Sequence record: NC_042013.1
Strand: one strand, 5' to 3'
Length of the DNA: 64,000 nt
The notes beneath the pieces are model-generated. The model saw only the letters and a program-made list of their open reading frames with translations, had not been told where the DNA came from and did not search any database. A program made the translations under genes and the position numbers. The number at the start of each line of letters is the position of its first letter. The first letter of the stretch is position 1. Below, piece by piece: positions 40,585 to 49,989 of the stretch.

Positions 40585-41217
40585 ATGAGTACTAAACTTA
40601 CCGAACATTCTACTTTTGATTCGGCAAAGATTGTCGTTGAAGGCGGTGGTCTTAATGCTGATGGTAAACCAAAAGACCTTTATCTAAAAGGAACATTCAT
40701 TCAGGGTGGATCACGTAACCAAAACGGACGTATCTATTCTGTAGAAGAAATCAGAAAAGCTGTTGACGATATCAACAACGTCTTGAAAACAAATTCAGTT
40801 CTTGGTGAATTAGACCATCCACCAGAATTAACCATCAACCTCGACCGTGTTTCCCATATGATTACAGAAATGTATATGGATGGTCCTAATGGTATTGGTA
40901 AACTCAAAATTATTCCAACGCCAATGGGTAATATTGCAAAGGTTCTTATCGAATCTGGTTTCAAAATGGGTGTTAGCTCACGCGGTTCCGGTGATGTTGA
41001 TCATAACGGACACGTTCACGGTTTTATGATCAAGACCGTTGACCTTGTATCTGACCCTTCTTGCGTTGCGTCTGTTCCTGTTCCAATTTATGAATCCTTC
41101 TTGAATCATGGTCAAAGAGGTGCTATTCGTTATGATATGGCGCAAAATGCTAATAACGATTCCGCAGCACAAAGATACCTTCGCGAAGAATTACTTCGCT
41201 TCATTGATAGCCTATAA
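40585..41217 (+). CDS. gp21: Prohead core protease, T4 gp21-like
   Basis: NQNGRIY, LGELDHP, NLDRVSH, GVSSRGSG, DLVSDPS. Confidence 0.95.
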   Translation: MSTKLTEHSTFDSAKIVVEGGGLNADGKPKDLYLKGTFIQGGSRNQNGRIYSVEEIRKAVDDINNVLKTNSVLGELDHPPELTINLDRVSHMITEMYMDGPNGIGKLKIIPTPMGNIAKVLIESGFKMGVSSRGSGDVDHNGHVHGFMIKTVDLVSDPSCVASVPVPIYESFLNHGQRGAIRYDMAQNANNDSAAQRYLREELLRFIDSL

Positions 41218-41222
41218 GGATT

Positions 41223-41981
41223 ATGATTATGGATTTTAGACAGATTAGAGCACTTCTTGAAGGCGCGGGTAAAACATTTTATAATGATTATCGTGAAGGT
41301 TACATTCAATTTGAATCACCTGTAGATGAAAAAGTATTCACCGATTATCTGGTATCGTTATCAGATGGTATTGATGAAACCGGTGAATATGTGGTTCTTG
41401 ATAAAAAAGTACCGGCTGGAACTCTCGAGGCGTTTCTAAACGCAGATATTCCAGATGATGAATTTGAAGAAGTTCTTATGAAAATGGATGAACGTCTTAT
41501 CCCTTATTATGTTGATCTCACCCACGTCAAGAAAGACGGTGAAAGTGTAATTGACGATAACGATGACGTTGTTATTACATTTGAATTGCCAGATGGTAAT
41601 TTCTATGCATTTGAATCTATTGAAGATCAAACATACCTTGAGGAACTATTTCAACAGTTGGGAATGGATTACAAAATTGGTGCAATCAATAATGATGAAA
41701 GCATTCAGTATGTTCCAGCAGATTCACTTTTATCGTTTGACATCACCACTGATGACGACCGTGCAGAGTACGATTGGGAACAAGTTTCAAAATTGATTGG
41801 AAAATATCTAAATAAAGTTGTTGTTCGTGAACATCTTAGTAAGAAAGATGCTACCGCTGGTGAATATATCCGAGATTTCGAAAAGTCTAAAAACTGGCGT
41901 TTTAAAGGCGACGATATTGAAAAGCGTAAACAACGCGCTGTTGCTGCTTATATGCAGTCACGTGGAAGGGATGACAACTAA
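41223..41981 (+). CDS. Prohead core/internal head protein
   Basis: C-terminal DATAGEYIRDFEKSK..RFKG....KRKQRAVAAY motif recalled from T4-like head proteins; acidic. Confidence 0.6.
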   Translation: MIMDFRQIRALLEGAGKTFYNDYREGYIQFESPVDEKVFTDYLVSLSDGIDETGEYVVLDKKVPAGTLEAFLNADIPDDEFEEVLMKMDERLIPYYVDLTHVKKDGESVIDDNDDVVITFELPDGNFYAFESIEDQTYLEELFQQLGMDYKIGAINNDESIQYVPADSLLSFDITTDDDRAEYDWEQVSKLIGKYLNKVVVREHLSKKDATAGEYIRDFEKSKNWRFKGDDIEKRKQRAVAAYMQSRGRDDN

Positions 41982-42637
41982 TGTCTATTCGCAAGTTCTT
42001 AAACATTATTAATGAGTCTTATGTAATTGAAGCTGTTGGTCATTATGCTCTTCGTTACGGCGACAAGTATGTTCAGTTTGAATCTAAATCTGATTTTGAT
42101 TATGCTTACAATATCTTGAATTTATATAAGGCACGCGTTTCTAAAGTAGATGACGTTCTACCTAAACAAGTACCAGCAAATACATTTTCAAAGTTTTATA
42201 AATTGAACCTTGACGAATTGCACGATGAAACTGATGATGAATGGTATGACATTCTTCATGATCTTACAATGAATGTTTTGAAAAAGATTAAGCCATATGA
42301 AATGGCTAAATCTGAATTTGAAAAAGTTTATCCTATTTTCAAATATAGTGAAACAGATGGTTTACATTCAGAGGCAAAAGATGATCTTTATTTTGCATTT
42401 GAAAACGACGCTGATAAAGAGTTGTTTGATAAAATCATAGCTCACGCACACGGTTCAGTATCTGAGCCAACAGGAGACGAATCGTCAACGGTTGTTCCAA
42501 ACGGTTTCTTTGATAATTACAGCGATTTAGTAAATGAATTTGAACAATACGTAGAAAAAGATGAAGACATTGCTACAGAAATTGCAATTGATCTATACGT
42601 AAAAATGTTTAATAAACTTAAGAAATACGCAAGTTAA
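41981..42637 (+). CDS. Head-cluster protein, paralogue of 41223-41981
   Basis: MSIRKFLNIINE start; two repeats of F-E-[SN]-x-x-D...VP like the upstream gene. Confidence 0.6.
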   Translation: MSIRKFLNIINESYVIEAVGHYALRYGDKYVQFESKSDFDYAYNILNLYKARVSKVDDVLPKQVPANTFSKFYKLNLDELHDETDDEWYDILHDLTMNVLKKIKPYEMAKSEFEKVYPIFKYSETDGLHSEAKDDLYFAFENDADKELFDKIIAHAHGSVSEPTGDESSTVVPNGFFDNYSDLVNEFEQYVEKDEDIATEIAIDLYVKMFNKLKKYAS

Positions 42638-43029
42638 GTCCAAAAAACCCTCTTGAATTTATAATGGTCAATCGCCTTCTGGCAACCCACACAAGGTTTG
42701 CTGTTGGCGATTTTTCCATTTCTACCGATCCGCATAACATACAAATCACACGATTCAAGAAACTCCTCTCCGTGTATATTAATAGCACGCTTAATAGCAT
42801 CGATTTCAGCATGACGAAAAATCTTATGCTCATTGGTTTGAAAATTGAGCATAAACGTGTCTGTTTTCATTTGACAACTACCAATAGATACTATCTTTCG
42901 TTTATATACAACAGCAGATATATGTCGACTATTGCTAACATAATCAACATCCTGACAAGCATCAAAAAGTTTATCAAAAATTCTTTTAGACGATTTAGAC
43001 TTTACAATCGTATTCCACATTAATCCCAT
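42634..43029 (-). CDS. Zinc-dependent cytidine/dCMP deaminase-family protein
   Basis: HAEIDAI and SKPCVGC zinc-binding motifs. Confidence 0.85.
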   Translation of the reverse strand: MGLMWNTIVKSKSSKRIFDKLFDACQDVDYVSNSRHISAVVYKRKIVSIGSCQMKTDTFMLNFQTNEHKIFRHAEIDAIKRAINIHGEEFLESCDLYVMRIGRNGKIANSKPCVGCQKAIDHYKFKRVFWT

Positions 43030-43577
43030 AGTCCATCGTAATATTTCGAAAACAACCGCATACCATTTTCAATTCTTGCCATCTTAGCTCGAGAATCTTT
43101 AGTATTATCAAAAAGATCATCTTCCAATTTGCATTCAAACGCATATATCATTTCATCAATAACATATTCCCAACGTGAATGAACTAATTCATCGCTGAGG
43201 TTGGTATCCCGAAGAAAAAGAGGTACGTCTGATGGATCAATAGATGGAGAACCATTTTTGGTATTTTTAAGTTCTTTTAAACAAGGAATGATTATCAATG
43301 CAAGAGTTTCATACAAATTCCAAACATCGTAATTGTCAACCTTGATTTTGACTTTTCTCTCGCGCTTGTTCAAAAGATCAAGAATTTTCTGCAACGGAGA
43401 TTCAAACAAATAATCAGAAATTTTATTAATGGTGTCAGTGGTCATCCCGAATGATTTAAAATTCAACAAAAATCCATAAAAGGAATAATGTCTAGGCCAT
43501 TTCGATATACGAATTTTCATTTCTTCAACTCCAGAATAAAGGAGGATATTACCCCCTTTATTCGTAAAAAACAACAA
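43020..43577 (-). CDS. Conserved phage hypothetical protein
   Basis: VKVDNYDVWNLYETLALIIIPCLKELK..KNGSP...RWEYVIDEMIYAF...ENGMRLF.KYY.GLWD motif recalled from phages. Confidence 0.7.
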   Translation of the reverse strand: MLFFTNKGGNILLYSGVEEMKIRISKWPRHYSFYGFLLNFKSFGMTTDTINKISDYLFESPLQKILDLLNKRERKVKIKVDNYDVWNLYETLALIIIPCLKELKNTKNGSPSIDPSDVPLFLRDTNLSDELVHSRWEYVIDEMIYAFECKLEDDLFDNTKDSRAKMARIENGMRLFSKYYDGLWD

Positions 43578-44396
43578 TTAAATGGCTTTTGCGTAATTAA
43601 CAATAGTCTGGTCTGCATTGTTATAAACAGAATGCTTGGAAATTCGCCCCTTAAGAACAAAAACGTCACCTTCGTTCTTTTTAAACTTTGGAGACATTAC
43701 AACAATCTGCTTATTTTCTTCATTCGCCATGATGGTAACGTGTACCGTTTCCATACCACCAACGAAATGATTTTCGCGAATAAACGAGGTTGCCTTGATA
43801 ACTCGTACCCGCGTTTCAATGTTACCCTTTTCCACTCCAACAAAACCGGGTTCGAAAGAGAAATTGACACGATCAAAAAGTTCGGGAGTATTGATAATAT
43901 GATGAGCAACTGCCTTCATGATGTTCTCTTCATCAAAGGTATCGACATTCTCAACAACCCATTTCAAATAAGACGTCTTGATATCGGAAAATACTTCACC
44001 GCGATAATAACCAACCGGCATAATACCAGAATGTATCATTGCAATACGTTCGTCATACTGCTGACGGCATACGCGCTTATATTCAGCTTCGCGTTCCGCA
44101 ATTTGACGGGCGCGTTCTTCACGCTCATCTTTCTTCATACGGGTAATGGTTCGCATCTCAGCCTCGAGAGTTTCCTTGGAAGGCTGCTTGCACATAATAC
44201 CCCACTTAAGAGAAATCATCAGAGCCTTGGCAATAACATCGTCAATGTCCTGACCAAGATTAAAATGATGAAACGAACGGATTTCTTTATGTGCACAGTT
44301 GCCATAATGGGAAACGTGTTCGTAGGTTTCACGAAGGGTGTACATTGCGCCTGTTTCACCAATACCAATGTAAAGATTGGGAACAAAATTCGTCAT
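43578..44396 (-). CDS. Early protein with a probable C-terminal OB fold
   Basis: First gene after a cassette; C-terminal GDVFVLKGRISKHSVYNNADQTIV OB-fold-like segment. Confidence 0.65.
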   Translation of the reverse strand: MTNFVPNLYIGIGETGAMYTLRETYEHVSHYGNCAHKEIRSFHHFNLGQDIDDVIAKALMISLKWGIMCKQPSKETLEAEMRTITRMKKDEREERARQIAEREAEYKRVCRQQYDERIAMIHSGIMPVGYYRGEVFSDIKTSYLKWVVENVDTFDEENIMKAVAHHIINTPELFDRVNFSFEPGFVGVEKGNIETRVRVIKATSFIRENHFVGGMETVHVTIMANEENKQIVVMSPKFKKNEGDVFVLKGRISKHSVYNNADQTIVNYAKAI

Positions 44397-44400
44397 AACA

Positions 44401-44454
44401 ATCTCCTTCAACGTTTCGATGGGATAGTTATAACTCTTCTATAAAATAAGTCAA
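44401..44454 (-). promoter_or_regulatory. Early promoter-leader cassette
   Basis: TTGACT-N16-TATAAC-tatccc-ATCGAAAC-gttg-AAGGAG. Confidence 0.85.
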
Positions 44455-44458
44455 TAAC

Positions 44459-44767
44459 TTATTTGTCAATTATATATAAAAGATGTTCAGGAATTAATGA
44501 CTTGTAATCATAGTATTCTTTGGTAGTGATAATCAATTCATGGTATTTTCCCATATATCGAAAATCTACAAATTTTGTGGCATCTACTATAAAAGGAAAA
44601 ACATCAGTTACATCAAAGCATACCTGATAATGGTTACCATGCTCAATTAACCAAAAATATTTTTTGATAACAGCCATTTCACGAATCTCGTCGGATACGT
44701 CAATATCCTTAAACAATTGGTCGAAATCACCGTGATCGTTAGCGGACCATAAATCTATAAAATACAT
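44459..44767 (-). CDS. Hypothetical protein
   Basis: 102 aa ORF. Confidence 0.55.
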   Translation of the reverse strand: MYFIDLWSANDHGDFDQLFKDIDVSDEIREMAVIKKYFWLIEHGNHYQVCFDVTDVFPFIVDATKFVDFRYMGKYHELIITTKEYYDYKSLIPEHLLYIIDK

Positions 44768-44833
44768 TCATATATAACCTTGAATAACACTCCACATAAT
44801 GGTATATTATCCCGTTTTCAACGGAGAAGCAAT

Positions 44834-45073
44834 ATGACTGTAAATATAATTATGGGAAAGAAAAAAGAAACACGTCAGAAAAAAATTGCTGCTTTGGCAA
44901 AAAGATATAATGCATCTCTTGAAGGTGAAGTGTTAACTGTGCCTTATAGTGATGGTAATTTTGACGAGAACATAATCGTTAACCTTGAAAAAATTCCGGC
45001 AAAATTTTGGAAAGAATTGGTTGTAAAATCAATCGTTAAACATTTCTACAATAAAGGATTGCAAGATGCATAA
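44834..45073 (+). CDS. Hypothetical protein
   Basis: GGAG RBS before ATG 44834; ends at a terminator. Confidence 0.65.
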   Translation: MTVNIIMGKKKETRQKKIAALAKRYNASLEGEVLTVPYSDGNFDENIIVNLEKIPAKFWKELVVKSIVKHFYNKGLQDA

Positions 45074-45076
45074 ATT

Positions 45077-45101
45077 AAAAAGCCCGCTTTTGGCGGGCTT
45101 T
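45077..45101. terminator. Bidirectional terminator
   Basis: aaaaagcccgc-tttt-ggcgggcttt. Confidence 0.75.
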
Positions 45102-45107
45102 GATCTT

Positions 45108-45347
45108 TTAAGAATTCTGCAACAGGTGGTTTACGAGTTGACGCATTGCAGGGAATGAATTTACCGAATGCATATCGTTTTCATCCGAGTTTTTAGCAGA
45201 TTCGAAAATGACCTTGTAGGTAACCGTAGCCATCAAAACGGAGGTAATGATCTTGACAATAACCGTATTACCAGCAGCCGTTTTACCGGAAAATGCGATG
45301 TTTTCAAATACAAGACCATTGAAGTCGTCGCGGGAAATCTCTTTCAT
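45108..45347 (-). CDS. Small early hypothetical protein
   Basis: 79 aa, directly behind a cassette. Confidence 0.75.
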   Translation of the reverse strand: MKEISRDDFNGLVFENIAFSGKTAAGNTVIVKIITSVLMATVTYKVIFESAKNSDENDMHSVNSFPAMRQLVNHLLQNS

Positions 45348-45353
45348 AAAAAT

Positions 45354-45407
45354 ACTCCTTAATTCGTTTCGATGATTAAGTTATATACTATTTGGAAAAA
45401 TTGTCAA
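45354..45407 (-). promoter_or_regulatory. Early promoter-leader cassette
   Basis: TTGACA-N16-TATAAC-ttaatc-ATCGAAAC-gaatt-AAGGAG. Confidence 0.85.
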
Positions 45408-45425
45408 TAGATTTTTTTATTTAAG

Positions 45426-45509
45426 TGGTACGCCGCCCCGGACTCGAACCGGGATGCTTTCGCGGAACCTTTTGAGGATTCTGTGTCTAACCAATTTCAC
45501 CAGCGGCGC
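45426..45509 (-). tRNA. tRNA-Leu(CAA)
   Basis: Acceptor GCGCCGC/GCGGCGT, anticodon arm GAATC-CTCAAAA-GGTTC, long variable arm, T arm CCCGG-TTCGAGT-CCGGG, encoded CCA. Confidence 0.92.
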
Positions 45510-45520
45510 ATATAGAAATT

Positions 45521-45596
45521 TGGTAGGCGGGGTCGGGATCGAACCGACGATAAACCTGTTATGAGCAGGTGGCCTTAACCACTTGGCTACCCGCCT
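45521..45596 (-). tRNA. tRNA with CAT anticodon (elongator Met or Ile2)
   Basis: Acceptor AGGCGGG/CCCGCCT, anticodon arm ACCTG-CTCATAA-CAGGT, T arm GTCGG-TTCGATC-CCGAC, encoded CCA. Confidence 0.9.
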
Positions 45597-45649
45597 GAAT
45601 TTCTATGATCTAACTATATGATATTTACTGCTGGTTCGCAAGTTTTATT

Positions 45650-45958
45650 TTACGTTAAGGATGATATTTTTTCTATTATCTCTTGCATTGTATCGGCGCG
45701 ATGTATACCGGTATCATTTTCAAAATACGAAAAATCTCCGATGTATATTTTACTAATATCATTTGGATTTGGTAAACTCATTGGAAGTATTTGTGAAAAC
45801 GACTCCATTGTTGTTGCGAAAAATGTGTATGATTCACCATTAAAGATATCATATAATATATCTATGGTATAACCGATTTCATTTTCGGTATCTAACAAAT
45901 ATATTACGTTGTTTGTGTTCCTTATAAAATCTAAGTATTGTTTACGTATTGTGATCAT
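45650..45958 (-). CDS. Hypothetical protein
   Basis: 102 aa ORF overlapping the upstream gene. Confidence 0.55.
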   Translation of the reverse strand: MITIRKQYLDFIRNTNNVIYLLDTENEIGYTIDILYDIFNGESYTFFATTMESFSQILPMSLPNPNDISKIYIGDFSYFENDTGIHRADTMQEIIEKISSLT

Positions 45959-46307
45959 TGTTAATCTCTAGTATTAGTTCATCTATACTTGTTGTGTTTT
46001 TCCTAAAAAGTTCCAATTCATATTCTGACATATCTTTAGATATATTGAAACCAACTCTCTCGTGATTTTTGTAAAAAACGAATGGAAATACATCTGAAAT
46101 ATTATGGATGTTTGCAACATAGGTTGCTCTTAAAAGTAACAGGTTTGACCCGTATTTTTTAGATATGATTATTCCCCAACCTTCTTTGCCGTTGAACGTG
46201 TCGTGTTCCACATATTCACCAAATTTTGTTAATGATGCAAAACTTAAATATGATGACACTTTTGAAAAGAATACGGTGTAAGTTTCTAAAAAATTTTTCA
46301 ATATCAT
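45942..46307 (-). CDS. Hypothetical protein
   Basis: 121 aa with AAGGAG RBS. Confidence 0.6.
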   Translation of the reverse strand: MILKNFLETYTVFFSKVSSYLSFASLTKFGEYVEHDTFNGKEGWGIIISKKYGSNLLLLRATYVANIHNISDVFPFVFYKNHERVGFNISKDMSEYELELFRKNTTSIDELILEINNDHNT

Positions 46308-46453
46308 CTCCTTATAAATATATCAAACGATACCTTAAAAATGGTCAAAAATAAAGAAAAAAAGCATAAACTACGGCCTTTTAAAAGTGATTTGTTAAAT
46401 AGTTTTAGAAACAAAAAAGTTTCTAATCCGAGGACATTTAAAGGATAAACAAT

Positions 46454-47329
46454 ATGAAGAGTGAACTACATAAAGCATTAACGCTGCTCATCAATGAAGA
46501 TCGCGAAGCCGCTGTAAGCGTTCTTCGTGATGCTATTCTTGAAGCTGCAAAAGATATCAAGCAGAAGCTTGATGAAGAAGACGACCTTGAAATCGTTGCA
46601 CCTGAAGATGATCTTGACGACATCGAAGTTGACGAAGTTGAAGGCGCGGAATTTGACGGCGACGAAGTCGAAGTTGATGACGAAGTTGAAGTTGAAGAAG
46701 AACCTGAAATTGAAGACGTTGTAGATCGTATCGAAGATGTTGAAGCACATATTGCTGAACTTCAGGCTGAAATGGACCGCCTCCGTGGTGAGGAAGTTCT
46801 TGATGACGTTGACGGCGAAGAAGAAATCGAAGTTGAAGATGAAATCGTTTCTGAAGAAGATTTCACAAGCGAATTCGAAACTCTTGATGCTGATTTTGAT
46901 GACTTTGACATGGACGCTGAAATTGATTTTGATATCGATCTCGAAGAAGGCAAGTCATTCCGTCATTCAGAAGATGACGATGAAGAAATTGATTTCACCG
47001 CGAAGCGTAAAGCTTCTAAGGAAGATCGTGCAGCACGCCGTCGCGAATATGACCACGAACGTGAAGACGAACTCGTTGAGTCTGTTGGCGAAAAGGTAGC
47101 AATTCCAGCTAATAAGGAAGGACGCCTTGCAGGAACAAATAAAACTGTTGCTGTTAAGAAAAATTCCACATTGCCTAAGCAGGAACCAGTAATCAAGACT
47201 GAAGCTGAGCCAATCAAGACTGTTGGTGGTAAGACTAAGAACCCAACCGCTCCTAAGAAGCCAAAGCTTGACGTTGAAATTAAGAACGTTAAGAACGCTC
47301 CTCACGTTAAGGTTATTGGTAAAAAGTAA
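46454..47329 (+). CDS. Acidic prohead core protein
   Basis: 291 aa, D/E-rich centre and Lys/Pro-rich tail; TAAATA upstream; lies before gp22 and gp23. Confidence 0.7.
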   Translation: MKSELHKALTLLINEDREAAVSVLRDAILEAAKDIKQKLDEEDDLEIVAPEDDLDDIEVDEVEGAEFDGDEVEVDDEVEVEEEPEIEDVVDRIEDVEAHIAELQAEMDRLRGEEVLDDVDGEEEIEVEDEIVSEEDFTSEFETLDADFDDFDMDAEIDFDIDLEEGKSFRHSEDDDEEIDFTAKRKASKEDRAARRREYDHEREDELVESVGEKVAIPANKEGRLAGTNKTVAVKKNSTLPKQEPVIKTEAEPIKTVGGKTKNPTAPKKPKLDVEIKNVKNAPHVKVIGKK

Positions 47330-47336
47330 TAAAATG

Positions 47337-47362
47337 TTTTGGGAGGCATTGTCCTCCCAAAA
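47337..47362. terminator. Hairpin, possible terminator
   Basis: ttttgggagg-cattgt-cctcccaaaa. Confidence 0.5.
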
Positions 47363-47405
47363 TTTCGATTTTTTCGTTAAAAATTAAACTAAATTTTCGA
47401 AAAAG

Positions 47406-47413
47406 TATAAATA
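47406..47413 (+). promoter_or_regulatory. T4-type late promoter TATAAATA
   Basis: Exact match upstream of the scaffold and MCP genes. Confidence 0.8.
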
Positions 47414-47474
47414 TTTTTGAAAGCAATTATTAACCAAATACTTAATGATTGCGGTAATCAGGGAGTACCCACAT

Positions 47475-48719
47475 ATGGAAACTGGATTTGAAAAGCTGCT
47501 CGAAGGTGCCGTTCTTAGTGAAGATACTAAGGCTGCATTGTCGACCGCTTGGAAAAGAAAGTTGGATGAGGCTCGTTCTGAAATTCGTGATGAGGAAGCA
47601 TATAAACTTCGTGAAGAATTTGCAAGTCGCTTTGAAAGCGATAAGTCAGATTTGGTCGAAGCAATGAATCTTATGATCACGGATTCTCTTTCTGAAACCT
47701 TCAAGGAAATTGAAGATGAAAAGAAAGAACTCGTTTCAGAACGTAAAGCACTTGCCGACAAACTTTCTAAAGCAGACGCAGAAAAAGAAAAGTCTATTTC
47801 CGAACACGCTAAAGTAATGGAGCAATTCATTCTTAATGTTCTATCTAAGGAAATTAGAGAACTTAATGAAAGCGTTAAGGAAATCGGTGCAGAAAAAGAC
47901 AAGTTCATCTCTGAATCGAAAGAAGCAGAAGCAAAACGTGAAGAAGAAAGCGAAAAGAAACTTGAAGTTCTTGAAAGCTTTGTTCGTAAGCAACTTGCAA
48001 AAGAACTTAATGAATTCCAACAGGACAAGCGTCAGCTTGTTGAAACACGCGTTAAACTCATCACTGAGGGTCGCGCAAAGATGGCTGAAACACGTAAGGC
48101 ATTTATCGAAAGAGCAAGCCGTATCGTTGAATCAACTATCGAAGAAAGACTTACATCTGAACTTACACAGTTGCGTAGCGACCTTAAGGAAGCAAAGCAG
48201 TTGCACTTTGGCCGTAAGCTTTTCGAAGCATTCCAAGAAGAGTTTCTTTCAAGCCACCTTTCCGAAGGTACTAAGGTTAAGAAGCTTATGACTGAACTTG
48301 ACGTTGCAAAGCGCACAATCTCAGAATCTGCAACAAGAATTGCTGAATCTAAAAAGGTTGTTGAAAATATGCAGCGCCGCATCAATCTCGCTGAAGACAA
48401 AATTCAGCGCGAAAAAACACTCAACACCTTGCTTGCACCGCTTAACCGCGAAAATCGCAAGATTATGAGTGAATTGCTTGAAAGTGTTCAAACACCAGCA
48501 CTCAAAGCAGCTTTTGATCGCAACTTGCCCCATCTAATGGAATCAGGTGCATCATCACAGGGTCGCCGTATGTTATCCGAGACCTCTGCAAAAACCAAGC
48601 CTGTAGAAGTTACAGGTAACAGAACTACACGACTCGTTGAATCAACCCAACAAAAAGACGTCGATACATTTGAACTTGAAATCAATGATCTAAAGCGTCT
48701 TGCAGGGATTAAAAAGTAA
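47475..48719 (+). CDS. gp22: Prohead core scaffold protein, T4 gp22-like
   Basis: Coiled-coil E/K-rich; LSEDTK..LSTAW..KL..AR...R..EA..LREEFA.RFE.DK..LVEA; GGAG RBS before ATG 47475; precedes the MCP. Confidence 0.85.
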   Translation: METGFEKLLEGAVLSEDTKAALSTAWKRKLDEARSEIRDEEAYKLREEFASRFESDKSDLVEAMNLMITDSLSETFKEIEDEKKELVSERKALADKLSKADAEKEKSISEHAKVMEQFILNVLSKEIRELNESVKEIGAEKDKFISESKEAEAKREEESEKKLEVLESFVRKQLAKELNEFQQDKRQLVETRVKLITEGRAKMAETRKAFIERASRIVESTIEERLTSELTQLRSDLKEAKQLHFGRKLFEAFQEEFLSSHLSEGTKVKKLMTELDVAKRTISESATRIAESKKVVENMQRRINLAEDKIQREKTLNTLLAPLNRENRKIMSELLESVQTPALKAAFDRNLPHLMESGASSQGRRMLSETSAKTKPVEVTGNRTTRLVESTQQKDVDTFELEINDLKRLAGIKK

Positions 48720-48732
48720 GGAATTTTAAACT

Positions 48733-49962
48733 ATGAGTAAACTTTTTGAAAGCAATTGGGATACGGCAAAAGCTGCTCTCTTGGAAGGTAAGGACTTGAC
48801 CCGCAATTTTGACGGTTCTTACAACGACAACAAGAAGCGCGTTATGAACGCTGTCCTTGAAAACGTCCGTAAAGACATTGCAGCACGTTCTGCACCTCTT
48901 ATGGAAAATGCAACCGCAGGCGCAACCTCATCTGGTAACGTAGCTGTCCTTAATCAGGTCATCCTACCTATCATCCGCCGTGTTATGCCTACAATCATCG
49001 CTAACGAAATCGTTGGTGTTCAGCCTATTTCTGGCCCCGTTGCACAGATCTCCACCCTTCGCGTTCGTTATGCGGACTCAGTTGGTGGCGTTAATGGTGT
49101 AACTGCAGGTGCAGAAGCGCTTTCACCTTTCGATATCGCACGTTACTATTCTGGTAACGAAAACCCTGCTAACCCCGGCGCAGCAACAACTTCAGTTCTT
49201 GAAGGTCGCCCCGGTAACCGTCTTAACGTTGAACTCGTTCGTCAGACCGTTGAAGCAAAGACTCGCCGTCTTTCCAGCCGTTGGACGTTCGAAGCAGCGC
49301 AGGACATGCAGTCACAGTATGGCGTTGACCTCGAAGCAGAAGTAATGAACGCTGTTGCTACCGAAATCACAACCGAAATCGACCAAGAAATTCTTGGCGT
49401 TCTTCGTGCGCTTCCCGGTACACCAGCAGCAGTTTACGATCAGGCTAACGTTTCCGGTACGGCTACGTTCGTTGGTGACGAATTCGCGGCACTCGCAATC
49501 CTCATCAACCGTCAGTCAAACCTCATCGCGTCACGCACGAAGCGTGGTCCTGCGAATTGGGCAGTTGTTTCTAACACCGCGCTTACAATTCTTCAGGCTG
49601 CTACAACTTCAGCGTTCGCACGTACGACTGTTGGCACGTTCGAAGCACCTACCAACGTTAAGTACGCTGGTATGCTTAACAACAGCCTTCGCGTTTATGT
49701 TGACACATACGCATCCGACTCTACACCAGTTCTCGTTGGTTATAAGGGTCAGGGCGAAACGGACGCAGCGGCATACTTCTGCCCTTACGTTCCATTGACA
49801 TCAACCGGCGTTGTTATTGACCCACAGACCCTCGAGCCACTCTTGGGCTTCATGTCACGTAACGCTATTCTTACGTTCACCAACTCTGCATCATCCTTCG
49901 GTAACTCTGCGGACTACCTCGGCTTGATCGGTATTGACGCATCAACATTGAAGTTCCTCTAA
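48733..49962 (+). CDS. gp23: Major capsid protein, T4 gp23-like
   Basis: LPIIRRVMPTIIANEIVGVQPISGP, VEAKTRRLSSRWTFEAAQD, EIDQEIL, AYFCPYVPL; strongly biased codons. Confidence 0.97.
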   Translation: MSKLFESNWDTAKAALLEGKDLTRNFDGSYNDNKKRVMNAVLENVRKDIAARSAPLMENATAGATSSGNVAVLNQVILPIIRRVMPTIIANEIVGVQPISGPVAQISTLRVRYADSVGGVNGVTAGAEALSPFDIARYYSGNENPANPGAATTSVLEGRPGNRLNVELVRQTVEAKTRRLSSRWTFEAAQDMQSQYGVDLEAEVMNAVATEITTEIDQEILGVLRALPGTPAAVYDQANVSGTATFVGDEFAALAILINRQSNLIASRTKRGPANWAVVSNTALTILQAATTSAFARTTVGTFEAPTNVKYAGMLNNSLRVYVDTYASDSTPVLVGYKGQGETDAAAYFCPYVPLTSTGVVIDPQTLEPLLGFMSRNAILTFTNSASSFGNSADYLGLIGIDASTLKFL

Positions 49963-49989
49963 GTCATTGATTTGAAAGAACTTTTTAAG

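Noticed and set aside
43488-44444. 318-aa plus-strand ORF antisense to 43578-44396
   Set aside because: It is in exact codon register with the real gene, so it is explained by avoidance of TTA/CTA/TCA codons; no RBS or recognisable motifs.
46560-47000. gaagtt/gatgaa low-complexity DNA as a tandem repeat element
   Set aside because: It simply encodes the Asp/Glu-rich region of the core protein.
47384-48685. Ser-rich minus-strand ORFs over gp22
   Set aside because: Shadow frames of a Glu/Lys-rich coiled-coil gene.
36106-49962. Inteins or introns in portal, protease or MCP
   Set aside because: Lengths are ordinary and no C/S...HN intein motifs or frame breaks were seen.
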